DNA of 64,000 nt from an uncultured Actinomycetota bacterium (GTDB taxonomy: Bacteria > Actinomycetota > Actinomycetes > Actinomycetales > CAWJMD01). The notes under the pieces are model-generated. The model was not told where the DNA came from. It did no database searches and saw nothing but the letters and a program-made list of their open reading frames with translations. Of the stretch, positions 48,432 to 57,934 are shown one piece after another. Positions within the stretch are counted from its first letter, which is position 1. Each line of letters begins with the position of its first letter. The stretch covers positions 78,270 through 142,269 of the forward strand of contig CAWIED010000001.1 in assembly GCA_963835085.1 (NCBI GenBank), written 5' to 3'. The position numbers and the translations under genes are program-made.

Positions 48432-50852
48432 CTAAGCGGCCCCCGCCAACAGCAGTTCGCTGAGCGCTGAGAGCAAAGCCGGCTCCAGGTTCATCCCGTG
48501 CAGCGAGAGCACGACCGAGCTGTAGCGCTCGCCCGATTCGACCGCCTGCCACACCTTGGCCTTGACGCCGAATTCGATCTGGGCGTCGTCGAGGAGCCGG
48601 TAGATCCGCTCGGCAATATCGGCGCCGGCCAGCGCGCGGTCACCGTCCACCTGGATCGTGGTGGGGGTGCCCGTCGGCAGAGCACCCACATCCACCGTGA
48701 TGCTGCCCGGGATCGGGCCCGGGCGCAGGTCGAGCGCGCGCCCGGCGACGTGAACGGACGCGACCCCGGCGAAGCCCACCAGCACCAGGCTCCATCGGCG
48801 CCCGTCTGCGACCGTGCCGAGTTCGCCCTCGGCCGCGCCGATCGTCACTACCCCCGGCCCGTGCTCGTAGCTCAACGTTGTTGACGCCCAACGATCGTCG
48901 TCGGCGTCCTCCCAGAGCGTGAACGTCCCGTCAGCCCCGGCGACGATCCAGACCTGCAGCGAGTCGGGCACACCCGTGGCGCACGACACGTCGGGCTCGG
49001 GCACCAGCGGCAGCACGGTTCCGGCCCGGGCGAGCACGGGCAGCTCGGCCAGCGTGCGGTGCATCGGCACCCGGCTGCCCTCACCCGACGTGCCACCGGA
49101 GTAGGCGACGCCCGTGAACAGGTCTACCCACTCTCCCGGGGGCAGCCAGGCGTCCACCCGGGCCAGACGGGTGCGGCGGTCGGCGGGGGACACGATGGGC
49201 GCCACCAACAAATCCCCGCCGAACATGAACTGCCCGTCGACCTCGTACGCCTGCTGCTGCCAGGGGTGCTCGTAATACATCGGCTCCACCAGCGGCACCC
49301 CGTCGACGTGTGCCCGGCGCACCATGGTGGCCAGATAGGGCACCAGTTGATGCCGCAGCCGGAGGAACCGCCCCATCGCCTCCCGGGCGGGAGCGCCGAA
49401 CCGCCACGGCTCCTTCGAGTTGAAGATGTCGTGCGTGGAATGCAGCCGCAGAATCGGCGAGAAGACGCCCAGCTGAACCCATCTCGTGGCGAGCTCATCG
49501 TCTTTGACGCCGAACATGTGGCCACCGACGTCGTGGCTCCACCAGCCGTACCCGACGTTGGAGGCTCGCGCGGTGAACTCCGGCTGGAACGCCAGCGACT
49601 TCCACGACACCACGGTGTCGCCGGAGAACCCCACGGGATAGCGGTGCGATCCCAGCCCGGCATAGCGGGAGAACGTCATCGGACGGGCACCCAGGGGTCC
49701 GCCGGCACGCGCCGAGTCGAGGAAGTGCAGGTGGTTCAGCAGCCACAACGGGTCAAGGCCCGGCACCCGCGAATACGGACCCTGCTGCCAGTCGATCCAC
49801 CAGAAGTCGACGCCCTCGGCCTCCCGTGGATTGTGCACGTCGCGCAGGTACGTCGCCAGGAACTGCGGATCGGCCGGGTCGAACAGCACTGGCAGTAGGG
49901 ACGCAGGGTCGATGCCCATCGCCTCGGCCACCGCCGGATAGCACTCCTCGTGAGCGCGGATGCCGTCGGCCGGGTGCACGTTGAGTGTCACCTTCAGTCC
50001 GCGTTCGTGCAGTGCCCGCAAGAATGCGGGCGGGTCGGCGAACAGGTCGCGGTTCCAGGTGTAGCCGGTCCAGCCGCTGCCGAACTGGGACGGGATGTCG
50101 ACCAGGTGCCAGTCCATGTCCAACACCGCCACGGAGAACGGAAGCCGTTCTGCGGCAAAGCGATCGAGCAGCTCCAGATACTCCGTGTCGGTGTAGGCGT
50201 GGTATCGGCTCCACCAGTTGCCAAGGGCCCAACGGGGCAGCAGCGGCTGCGAACCGGTCAGCCGGTAGAGCGCTGCCAGGCCGGCGCGATAGTCGCGGCC
50301 ATAGACGAACACGTACAGGTCGATGCTGCCCGGCTCGCGTGGCGTGAACCAGCCGTCATCGGTGAGCAGCACGGTGGCCGAGTCGTCATAGCAGGCCACT
50401 CCGTTGCGGCTCAGCACGCCAGCTTCCAGCGGTACCGGGCCGTCGATGCGGTCGAGGGTGCGCGCCGTCCCGCCCAGGTTGTCTTCGCCCTGCGAGCCAA
50501 ACCGCCAGACCGAGTGGTAGCTGGAGATGCCACCGCGGGCCTGCACCGAGAGTCCGTGCGAGCTGAACGGCCCCCGGTCGTAGGTGAGATGAAACCGGTC
50601 GGTGATCACCTCCACGAGCTGGTCACTCGCGCGCGTGGTGAATCTCACGGGCGGATTGTCCCGATGCAGCACTGCCTGTGAAGCCCTGTCCTCGAACCTG
50701 CCCGATGGGCTCCACTGCAGCCGTACCAGGCCGTCGTCCAGCACCGAGATGCGCCAGTTGTCACCGCTGCGAACGTTCTCCGGCGCCGCTATCGGGGTCG
50801 TCTCCAGGCGCAGGTGGGCAGGTAGTAGGCCATCGGTGTGCGGAGACGTCAC
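48432..50852 (-). CDS. Glycoside hydrolase family 31 (alpha-glucosidase/alpha-xylosidase-like)
   Basis: 806 aa. Catalytic-region blocks VDFWWIDWQQGP and GYGWWSHDVGGH. Confidence 0.9.
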   Translation of the reverse strand: MTSPHTDGLLPAHLRLETTPIAAPENVRSGDNWRISVLDDGLVRLQWSPSGRFEDRASQAVLHRDNPPVRFTTRASDQLVEVITDRFHLTYDRGPFSSHGLSVQARGGISSYHSVWRFGSQGEDNLGGTARTLDRIDGPVPLEAGVLSRNGVACYDDSATVLLTDDGWFTPREPGSIDLYVFVYGRDYRAGLAALYRLTGSQPLLPRWALGNWWSRYHAYTDTEYLELLDRFAAERLPFSVAVLDMDWHLVDIPSQFGSGWTGYTWNRDLFADPPAFLRALHERGLKVTLNVHPADGIRAHEECYPAVAEAMGIDPASLLPVLFDPADPQFLATYLRDVHNPREAEGVDFWWIDWQQGPYSRVPGLDPLWLLNHLHFLDSARAGGPLGARPMTFSRYAGLGSHRYPVGFSGDTVVSWKSLAFQPEFTARASNVGYGWWSHDVGGHMFGVKDDELATRWVQLGVFSPILRLHSTHDIFNSKEPWRFGAPAREAMGRFLRLRHQLVPYLATMVRRAHVDGVPLVEPMYYEHPWQQQAYEVDGQFMFGGDLLVAPIVSPADRRTRLARVDAWLPPGEWVDLFTGVAYSGGTSGEGSRVPMHRTLAELPVLARAGTVLPLVPEPDVSCATGVPDSLQVWIVAGADGTFTLWEDADDDRWASTTLSYEHGPGVVTIGAAEGELGTVADGRRWSLVLVGFAGVASVHVAGRALDLRPGPIPGSITVDVGALPTGTPTTIQVDGDRALAGADIAERIYRLLDDAQIEFGVKAKVWQAVESGERYSSVVLSLHGMNLEPALLSALSELLLAGAA

Positions 50853-50856
50853 GGCG

Positions 50857-53800
50857 ATGATCCTAAGGGCGGCTCAAGGCGTTAGCGTTTTGCACGTGCA
50901 ACCTCCAGAGCGCCCCTCGTCCGCCCTGCTCCAACGTGCCATCGCGCGCTGGGAGGTCGAGCTCAGCGACCTGGCGGGCCACGACGATCTGGTGTATCTC
51001 GACCCGTCGTCGGGCCGCCTGCTCGATCTGTCCGTCGCCCACCCGAGCGGTCTGGCGGGGTTTCTCGCCGGCCGGCTCACCCGGCTGTCAGACCTCTTCC
51101 GTGCGCCGGAGTCGCTATACGTCGCCCGCGTTCGTGCCCGGGCGGTCTCGCTCGCGGCAAGCCGGCTCGAAGACACCTACGGTCTGCCCGGTGCGCACCT
51201 CGCGACGGGCACCTTCGACTGGCCAGACGCTCCCGGCGGCCGGCCGGTGCGCGCGCCCATCCTGCTCCGCCCGGTGCGGCTGGTGGCTCGCGGCGCGGGG
51301 GCCGGTGTCGACTACGACCTCGACCCCGCCGACGAGGCGCGGCTCAACCCCGCGCTAGTGGAGCTGCTGAGGGCTGAGGGCATCGTGGTCGACGATCGTC
51401 CTGTCACCGACGCCGACCACGGAGTGGCCGCCCGTAAGGTGCTCGACCGCATCACGAGCGCGGTGGTCGGCCTCGACGTGAAGCTCAACGACCGCATCCT
51501 CGTGGGAGTCTTCGCCGACATCGCCCCCGGCATGCTCACCACCTTGCGTGCGCAGGCGCCCGATCTGGGCGTGCACCGGACGATTCAGGCGGTGCTGCGC
51601 CGTCCGTCCACTGTCGGCCAGTCCTCCGCGCGTCACGCCCCCGCGTCCACGGCTGGCATCGACGCGGCCGTTGTCCCGGAATCGGTTGAGCGTCAATCTG
51701 TTTCGGAGAAATCTGGCCCCGCTCAAGCGGACGGTGACCGGAGTGGTCTGAAATGGCACGTCGCCAACCAGGCTCAGCGTCCGGCGACGCAGGCCCAGCC
51801 GGCGGCATTGGCCGGGCAGCCGACCGGCCCGGCCCGCCGGGGCGCGCGTGCCGCTCTGCTCGACCCGGCCCAGCTGGCCGTGCTCGACGCGGTGGAATCG
51901 GGCCTGGACACCCGGGTGGAGGCAGCCGTCGGCAGTGGCGTCACCGCCACCGCGGCGGCCATCGTCGAGGCTGTTCTGGGCAAGGGGAACCGGCTGCTCG
52001 TGGTGGCGCCCGCCCTCGATGAGCTGGAGGAGCTCGCCGCGCGGCTGAAGGGCGACGTGGGCGAAGCGGCTCGGGGAGCCACCGAGGCTGCCGCCGCGCA
52101 CGCCCGGTTGCACCGGGTGCATCCCACCTGGGGCCTGAGCCGGATGCAGGCGATGGAGCGGCTGGTGAGCCTGGGCGCACCGGCGACGGCCGCACCGGCG
52201 GCCGGGCGGCTGAGCGCGCTGACGCTAGTGAGCCTCAGCCACGACCGCAGCCGGGCGGCCACCTTGTTGGGCCAGGCGTCGAAGGTGGGCGTCTTCACGC
52301 CCGTGGCCGTGAACAGCCCGTGGGCGGGGGCGGCTCTGCCCGATGACGAGGCCACCCGCCGGGCCAGGGCGGTGGTGGAGCAGTTGCTGCACCATGACTT
52401 GCCGACGGCACGCACGATCATGAGCGGCGTCGCTGCCGCGGTGGCTCTGCCAGAGGGTCTCAGCCTTACCGAGTGGACGGCCCAGGTCGAGGTGCTCACC
52501 TCGGTGCGCGGCACCTTGGATCTCATGTTGCCCGAGGTGTATCAGCGGGCGGGGGAGGAGATGGTCAAGGGCACGGCTTCCAGCAACTGGCGGGCCACCA
52601 ACAACGTGACTATGTCGATGCTCGAACGGCGTCGGTGGCGGCGTGAGGCGTCCGCGCTGGTTCGCCCGGGTCTGCAGGCCGCGGATCTGCACGCGACTCT
52701 GCTGCGGGCCCGGCTCGAGAAGGATCTCTGGGCCCGGTTGGGGGGCGCGGGGAAGCCAGGTGTCGCAGCGGATCTCGACGCAGCGACGGCTGCGGTGGCC
52801 AAGGTGCGCGATTGCGTCACCCGGCTCGACCCCGTGCTGGCCGGTTCGGCGGTGGGCGCAGGCCTGGCCGACCTCTCCCTGCAGGAGTTGACCGAGCGGC
52901 TGCAGGCGCTGTCCGCTGCCGGCTCCGATCTGCACGATCTGCCCGCCCGCGCCCGGCTCGCCGAGGAGCTGTCGAACCTGGGTCTGGACCCGTTGGTGGA
53001 ACAGCTGCGGGCTGAGCCGAGCCGTCGTCCGGTGTGGGAGTCATTGGAGATCGCCTGGCTGCGTGGGGTTTTGGCGGAGCTGGAAGCTACGCCCGACCCC
53101 ATCGGCGTGGCCGCTGCCGAGGCGCCGGTCGGGTTCGGGGTCAACCTCGGAGGGCTCACCACGGCCACCAGTCTCGGGCTGGGACGGCTCGACCCCGCGG
53201 CCAGGTTCGATGTCGTGCTGTTGCTTGACGCCAACCGGATCGGACTCGCTGAGGCGGTGCTGGCCATCGCTCGGGGCGACCAGAGTGTGCTGATCGGCGA
53301 TCCGGCAGGTCTGGCGCCCGCCGGGCTCGACCTCGGCGATCAGAGCGAGGTGGGTCCGCGCCGGGTCTCGGTGCTGGCCGCCACCGATCGGCGGCTGGCC
53401 ACCTTCCGTCTCGATCGGGTGCATCGTCAACCGGCCGCGCTCGCGGCCCTGGTGCCGCAGGTGGGTGGCACCTCGAGCGTGGTGCCTGCCTGGTCGGTGG
53501 CCTCGGCGGAGGCCTTCGAACCCGATGCCGAGGCCCTTTCCGCGGTGACCGGAGAGGTGGAGATCAGCCTCGAACACGTGCCAGGCAGCACGGTGCCGCT
53601 CAGTGACAACGAGGCCGACCTGGTGCCCGCGCAGGAGGTGGAGGCCGTCGTGGCCCTCATCGCCGAGCATGCGCGCTCGCGGCCGGGGGAGTCGCTGGCC
53701 GTGCTCACCGTGTCCCGGCCGATGGCCCACGACGTGGCCGATGTGCTGCGCCAGGCCCTGCGTCGATCTCCCGAGCTGGCCGGCTGGCTCACCAGCGGCC

Positions 53801-54405
53801 CAGCGGAGCGGTTCGTGGTTACCGACCTGCTGCGCAGCGACGAGGTGGTGCGCGATCACGTGGTTCTTGCCCTCGGCCTGGCCCGCGACCCGCACGGACG
53901 CTTCGGGCACCGGTTCGGCGTGCTCGACACCGAAGCGGGCGCAGGTCTCATCGGCCTCGGGGTGGGGCGCGCGCGGCGTCGGCTCACCGTGGTGTCCGGC
54001 ATCTGGGCCGAGGACATCGAGGCCGAGCAGCTCGGCACCGCCGGCGGCAGGCGCGTCCACCGGTTGCTACAGGTGGCCTCGGGTGCGGCGCGGGTGCGCG
54101 AGGTTGCTCAGCCACCGGCCACACCCGATCCCGTGCTCGGCATGCTCGTCTCTGAGCTGGAAGCCCAGGGGTATCCGGCGAGGCTCACCAGCAGGCCCGA
54201 TCGCGAGCCCGATCTCGCCCTGGTGATCGGCGGACGGCGGGTGGCTGTGCTGTGGGACGGCAACCCCGACCCGGCGCTCGGCGTGCGTGGCACGCTGGCG
54301 GCCGCACTGACCCGGTTCGGGTGGACCGTGCGCCGGATCCGGGCCGAGGACGTCGCGGATAATCCGAAGCGAGTGGCTGCCCAGATCACGCGCCGGCCGG
54401 CCTGA
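50857..54405 (+). CDS. DUF4011-like / Upf1-type SF1 helicase homologue with degenerate ATPase motifs and a C-terminal Vsr/DUF559-like endonuclease-fold domain
   Basis: The N-terminal module (LLDLS...GAHLATGTFDW...APILLRPVRL...LNPALVELLRAEGI) resembles DUF4011. The Walker A position reads AAVGSGVTATAAAIV, the motif II position LLLDANRIG and the motif III position VLIGDPAGLAP. The C-terminus (LALVIGGRRVAVLWDG...RFGWTVRRIRAEDV) resembles DUF559. The start is uncertain (ATG 50857, TTG 50890 or GTG 50896). Confidence 0.65.
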   Translation: MILRAAQGVSVLHVQPPERPSSALLQRAIARWEVELSDLAGHDDLVYLDPSSGRLLDLSVAHPSGLAGFLAGRLTRLSDLFRAPESLYVARVRARAVSLAASRLEDTYGLPGAHLATGTFDWPDAPGGRPVRAPILLRPVRLVARGAGAGVDYDLDPADEARLNPALVELLRAEGIVVDDRPVTDADHGVAARKVLDRITSAVVGLDVKLNDRILVGVFADIAPGMLTTLRAQAPDLGVHRTIQAVLRRPSTVGQSSARHAPASTAGIDAAVVPESVERQSVSEKSGPAQADGDRSGLKWHVANQAQRPATQAQPAALAGQPTGPARRGARAALLDPAQLAVLDAVESGLDTRVEAAVGSGVTATAAAIVEAVLGKGNRLLVVAPALDELEELAARLKGDVGEAARGATEAAAAHARLHRVHPTWGLSRMQAMERLVSLGAPATAAPAAGRLSALTLVSLSHDRSRAATLLGQASKVGVFTPVAVNSPWAGAALPDDEATRRARAVVEQLLHHDLPTARTIMSGVAAAVALPEGLSLTEWTAQVEVLTSVRGTLDLMLPEVYQRAGEEMVKGTASSNWRATNNVTMSMLERRRWRREASALVRPGLQAADLHATLLRARLEKDLWARLGGAGKPGVAADLDAATAAVAKVRDCVTRLDPVLAGSAVGAGLADLSLQELTERLQALSAAGSDLHDLPARARLAEELSNLGLDPLVEQLRAEPSRRPVWESLEIAWLRGVLAELEATPDPIGVAAAEAPVGFGVNLGGLTTATSLGLGRLDPAARFDVVLLLDANRIGLAEAVLAIARGDQSVLIGDPAGLAPAGLDLGDQSEVGPRRVSVLAATDRRLATFRLDRVHRQPAALAALVPQVGGTSSVVPAWSVASAEAFEPDAEALSAVTGEVEISLEHVPGSTVPLSDNEADLVPAQEVEAVVALIAEHARSRPGESLAVLTVSRPMAHDVADVLRQALRRSPELAGWLTSGPAERFVVTDLLRSDEVVRDHVVLALGLARDPHGRFGHRFGVLDTEAGAGLIGLGVGRARRRLTVVSGIWAEDIEAEQLGTAGGRRVHRLLQVASGAARVREVAQPPATPDPVLGMLVSELEAQGYPARLTSRPDREPDLALVIGGRRVAVLWDGNPDPALGVRGTLAAALTRFGWTVRRIRAEDVADNPKRVAAQITRRPA

Positions 54406-54412
54406 TCGGGGG

Positions 54413-55849
54413 TTGGCGGTGTCGCAGCAGTATCCGCCGAGGTGGCGCCGGCTCCTCGGCCAGGAGACCATCACCGAGCCTTTGCCGGTCATCGCCCGGC
54501 TGCGCAACACCCCGTACCGCAATCCGCAGCGGGCTGAAGCCGAGGACGACGGCATGCGGCTGGCGCTCGAGCTCGTGGCCGACGTGGGTGAGTCGATGCT
54601 GCGTGCCGGCGCCGGAACGGCCGAGGTCAGCACGAGCATGCTCGCCACCGGGGTGGCGCTAGGCCTGGACGAGCAGTATCTGTGGACCGATCTGACGCTG
54701 GGCTCGATGGTCGTGTCGTACTCCAGGCCCGGCGACTGGCCGCTCACGTTGCTGCGGGTCAGCCGTGACCCCGGCCGCGACTACGCCCGGCTCTCGGCCA
54801 TGCATGAACTCGTGCTCGATCTTGTGGACGGTCAGCTCGATCTCGCCAGAGCAAGGCGTCGCCTGGACGAGATCGAAGCCGCTCCGCGGCCCTACCGGCG
54901 CTCCTGGGTCACCTTGTCGGTCGGCGTGCTGGCTGCACTCGTCTCCGTGGTGCTCGGCGGTAATGAGGTGATCGCGGCGAGCAGCTTCGTCATGTCGTGC
55001 CTGGTCGATCAGGTGGGTCGGTGGGCCGTGCACCGCGGCTGGGCGTCGTTCTTCGTCACGTTCACCGGCGCGGGCATCGCGGCGGCTTCGGCCGTGGCGC
55101 TGGCCGAGGCCTCGCAGCGCTGGCCGATCGGCATCACTGATCCGCAGAAGTCGTCGCTCGTGATCGCCGGCGGCATCGTGGTGCTGCTGGCCGGGGTCGG
55201 TCTGGTGGCCGCGGGCCAGGACGGCATCAACGGATACCCGGTCACGGCCGTCGGCCGCATCTTCACTGTGCTGCTCACCACTGCCGCGATCTTGTCCGGA
55301 GTGGGTGTGGTGCTGTCGTTGGCCGCGTCCATCGGGCTGGCGGGAAGCATCTTCACCAACCCTCTTGCTGGCCGGGTGGACGGGCTGTGGTGGGCACCTG
55401 CCCTGGCCGCCATCGGGTCGGTGATGGCGGCCATCGGCGGCCGGGCCCCGGCCAGACTGCTGTTCGCCACCGGGCTTTGCGGCATGATCGGGTACGCCAC
55501 GTACATCGTCGGTGGCGCGGCAGGCCTGCCTGCGCCGGTGGCCACCGCGGTCGGGTGCGTGCTCATCGGCTCCCTCGGCCGGGTCTGGGCCTTGCGTCGC
55601 CGGGCCTCGCCGCTGGCGGTCGTCATTCCTTCGACCACCATGTTGCTGCCGGGCATGTCGATCTTCCAGGGGCTGCAGTTCCTCACCGCAGGCGACTCCG
55701 CGGCCGGCATCATCACCCTGCTCTCGGCAGCCGCCACCGCGCTCGCCATCGGGGCGGGCTGCGTGTTGGGCGACGCCATCGCCGCCCCGCTGCAGCAAGG
55801 AATGGACAACGTCGACGCGCTGCGGAATCGGCTGACGCAAGACATCTGA
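54413..55849 (+). CDS. Threonine/serine exporter (ThrE) family membrane protein
   Basis: An N-terminal soluble-plus-TM DUF1212-like half (LELVADVGESMLRAGAGTAEVSTSM) followed by a second five-helix half. TTG start. Confidence 0.8.
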   Translation: MAVSQQYPPRWRRLLGQETITEPLPVIARLRNTPYRNPQRAEAEDDGMRLALELVADVGESMLRAGAGTAEVSTSMLATGVALGLDEQYLWTDLTLGSMVVSYSRPGDWPLTLLRVSRDPGRDYARLSAMHELVLDLVDGQLDLARARRRLDEIEAAPRPYRRSWVTLSVGVLAALVSVVLGGNEVIAASSFVMSCLVDQVGRWAVHRGWASFFVTFTGAGIAAASAVALAEASQRWPIGITDPQKSSLVIAGGIVVLLAGVGLVAAGQDGINGYPVTAVGRIFTVLLTTAAILSGVGVVLSLAASIGLAGSIFTNPLAGRVDGLWWAPALAAIGSVMAAIGGRAPARLLFATGLCGMIGYATYIVGGAAGLPAPVATAVGCVLIGSLGRVWALRRRASPLAVVIPSTTMLLPGMSIFQGLQFLTAGDSAAGIITLLSAAATALAIGAGCVLGDAIAAPLQQGMDNVDALRNRLTQDI

Positions 55850-56154
55850 GCTGGACCGCCTGTGGCGTGGGCGTCGCCGTGCGTGGTGCCAGCTGCGCGT
55901 TATCCGCTGCCTTTGGCACCCCAGGAGTTGCAACTCAGCAGAGGACGCCTCTACGTGGTGCCAACCGCGCCAACGAACGGGCTCTCTCAAGATGCCAGGC
56001 CTGGCGTTGACGTATCCGCGTCCCCGGCCACTTCACCTCGATGATCTATTCCAAGACCTGTCCGTGGCCGTAGGTGATGAGTGCGCGGCGGATCGGTCGA
56101 TTCGTACGATCTTCGACACCAGCTGACTCCGGGTGAAACGGGAGGACCCGTCGT

Positions 56155-56279
56155 GGTCAGACGCGGTCGGTGTCCGGAATCCGGCGCCAGTGCCGGTCGA
56201 CGAACATCGGCTGAGCACAAAACTCCAGGCTTGGTGCACCGCTCGAGCCGGATTCCGGACATCCATGCACTAAGAACAG
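56155..56279 (+). repeat. Long-stem repeat element, GGCTGAGCAC-core family, copy B
   Basis: Arms GTCCGGAATCCGGC (56172-56185) / GCCGGATTCCGGAC (56247-56260). Core CGGCTGAGCACAAAA. The flanks GGTCAGACGCGGTCGG and ATCCATGCACTAAGAACAG are collinear with copy A. Confidence 0.75.
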
Positions 56280-56607
56280 GGATCCGATCACCCAGCGCCT
56301 GTCCTCACCGCCGCCCGGACGCACCGGATGGATGACCTCGTGCACCCACCCATCCCAACGGGCGACCCACGCGTCCATCCGTCACGTTCCTCGCCCACTC
56401 GTCACCAACCTGGTGACATCCCGGCGAACAACGTCACAGCTCAACGACCCACGGCTGCCAGCCCTGACACCCCGGCAATCGGCACGCCACACAACACCGA
56501 CCCCTTGGAACAGATCATCTGGCGCGGCCTTGCCCGGAGTGAGGCGGCTCAGGCCGCCACATCGTGCACAGTCTCAGGTGTCAACACCATTTTATCCAAC
56601 GCCTTAT

Positions 56608-56979
56608 CTAGCGCGGACTGACCACCGTAAGCAGCACGGCTGAATCTTCCATAGCAGTCAGCGAGTGCCGTTCGGGCGGGATGGCGACGTAATCGCCGGC
56701 GATCCCGTCCCAGCTGTCGTCGATGGTGGCCAACCGAACCCGACCCCGGATCACCTGCAGCGTCGCCTCGCCCGGACTCTCATGATCGGCCAGTTCATGA
56801 CCGCCCAGCAGCACCAGCAGCACTTGTCGGAGCGCGTGCGAACGGCCTCCGTAGAGGGCGCGGGCCGCTCTGCCACTACCGGCTGTCCGGGCGGTGGCGA
56901 GCTGCTCCTCGATCAGAGCGGGCAGGGAGAACGACTCCATGTGCTGTCCTTTCGGTTCGCCACGGCCGGGGCCGGGCAC
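56608..56979 (-). CDS. Cupin-domain protein
   Basis: 123 aa with a beta-barrel pattern (GEATLQVIRGRVRLAT...GDYVAIPPERHSLTA). Confidence 0.7.
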   Translation of the reverse strand: MPGPGRGEPKGQHMESFSLPALIEEQLATARTAGSGRAARALYGGRSHALRQVLLVLLGGHELADHESPGEATLQVIRGRVRLATIDDSWDGIAGDYVAIPPERHSLTAMEDSAVLLTVVSPR

Positions 56980-57141
56980 TTAGCCGGATTGCGAGGTGGC
57001 TGCGGCAGGCACGTGCACATGACACTCAGCTTGTGGCGATGGTTGCCGCACGACCATCGAGATCACCCGCCTCATCCATCAGTTTACACAAGTGATACCT
57101 GTATAAATATGAGGAAGATCCGACGAGCGTCTGGACGAACC

Positions 57142-57934
57142 ATGACCGCCGCACATACCCGCCTCGACGAGCGCGCACAAGGGCACTGGGTGCTGGCGGA
57201 GCTGGGCAAGCGGGTGCTGCGTCCAGGCGGTATCGAGCTGACCCGGAACCTGCTCTGGCACGCCGACATTCATGACTGCGACGTGGTTGAGCTGGCCCCG
57301 GGATTGGGACGCACGGCCACCGAGATCTTCAAACTCGGTCCCCGCTCGTACCGCGGGCGTCGACCGCGACCCGGCCTGCGTCGCGGCTGTGAGGTTGCTC
57401 GTCGGCGGCCGCGGCATCGTCGTCCGGGCGGATGCCGCCGCCACCGGATTGCCCGAGGCGAGCGCAGACGTCGTGATCGGCGAAGCTATGCTCACTATGC
57501 AGGGGGAGCGTGCAAAGAACGCGATCGTCGCCGAGGCCGCCCGGCTGCTCCGGCCAGGGGGTCGCTATGCGATCCACGAGCTGGCCCTGGCCCCCGACGA
57601 CCTCCCGGACGAGGTGAAGACCGGCATTCGTCAAGGGTTGGCACGCGCGATCAAAGTCAACGCCCGCCCGCTGACCAAACGGGAGTGGGTCGACCTGCTG
57701 ACCGCACGCGGCCTAGTGGTCGATCACGTGGAGACCGCGCCCATGGCCTTGTTGCAGCCACGCCGGATTCTCGCCGACGAAGGTGTATGGGGCGCGCTCC
57801 GGTTCGCCCGCAACCTGATCATCAAGCCGGCCGCCCGGCGTCGAGTGCAGGCCATGCGGGCCACCTTCCGCGCTCACCGTCAGCATCTGGTGGCCATCGC
57901 CGTCGTCGCCCGTAAGCCGGAGCCGGCTCATTGA
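57142..57934 (+). pseudogene. Class I SAM-dependent methyltransferase interrupted by a +1 frameshift
   Basis: The N-terminus (MTAAHTRLDERAQGHW...VLRPGGIELTR...DVVELAPGLGRTATEIFKLGP) is in the 57142 frame. The remainder ((T)AGVDRDPACV...LLRPGGRYAIHELAL...) is in the 57272 frame. The junction is at the CCCC run 57340-57343. Confidence 0.75.

Noticed and set aside
56328-56621. 97-aa ORF in the C-rich gap (MDDLVHPPIPTGDPRVHPSRSSPTRHQ...)
   Set aside because: Its Pro/Thr/Ser/His-rich translation simply mirrors the C-rich strand. It has no start context and no family resemblance.
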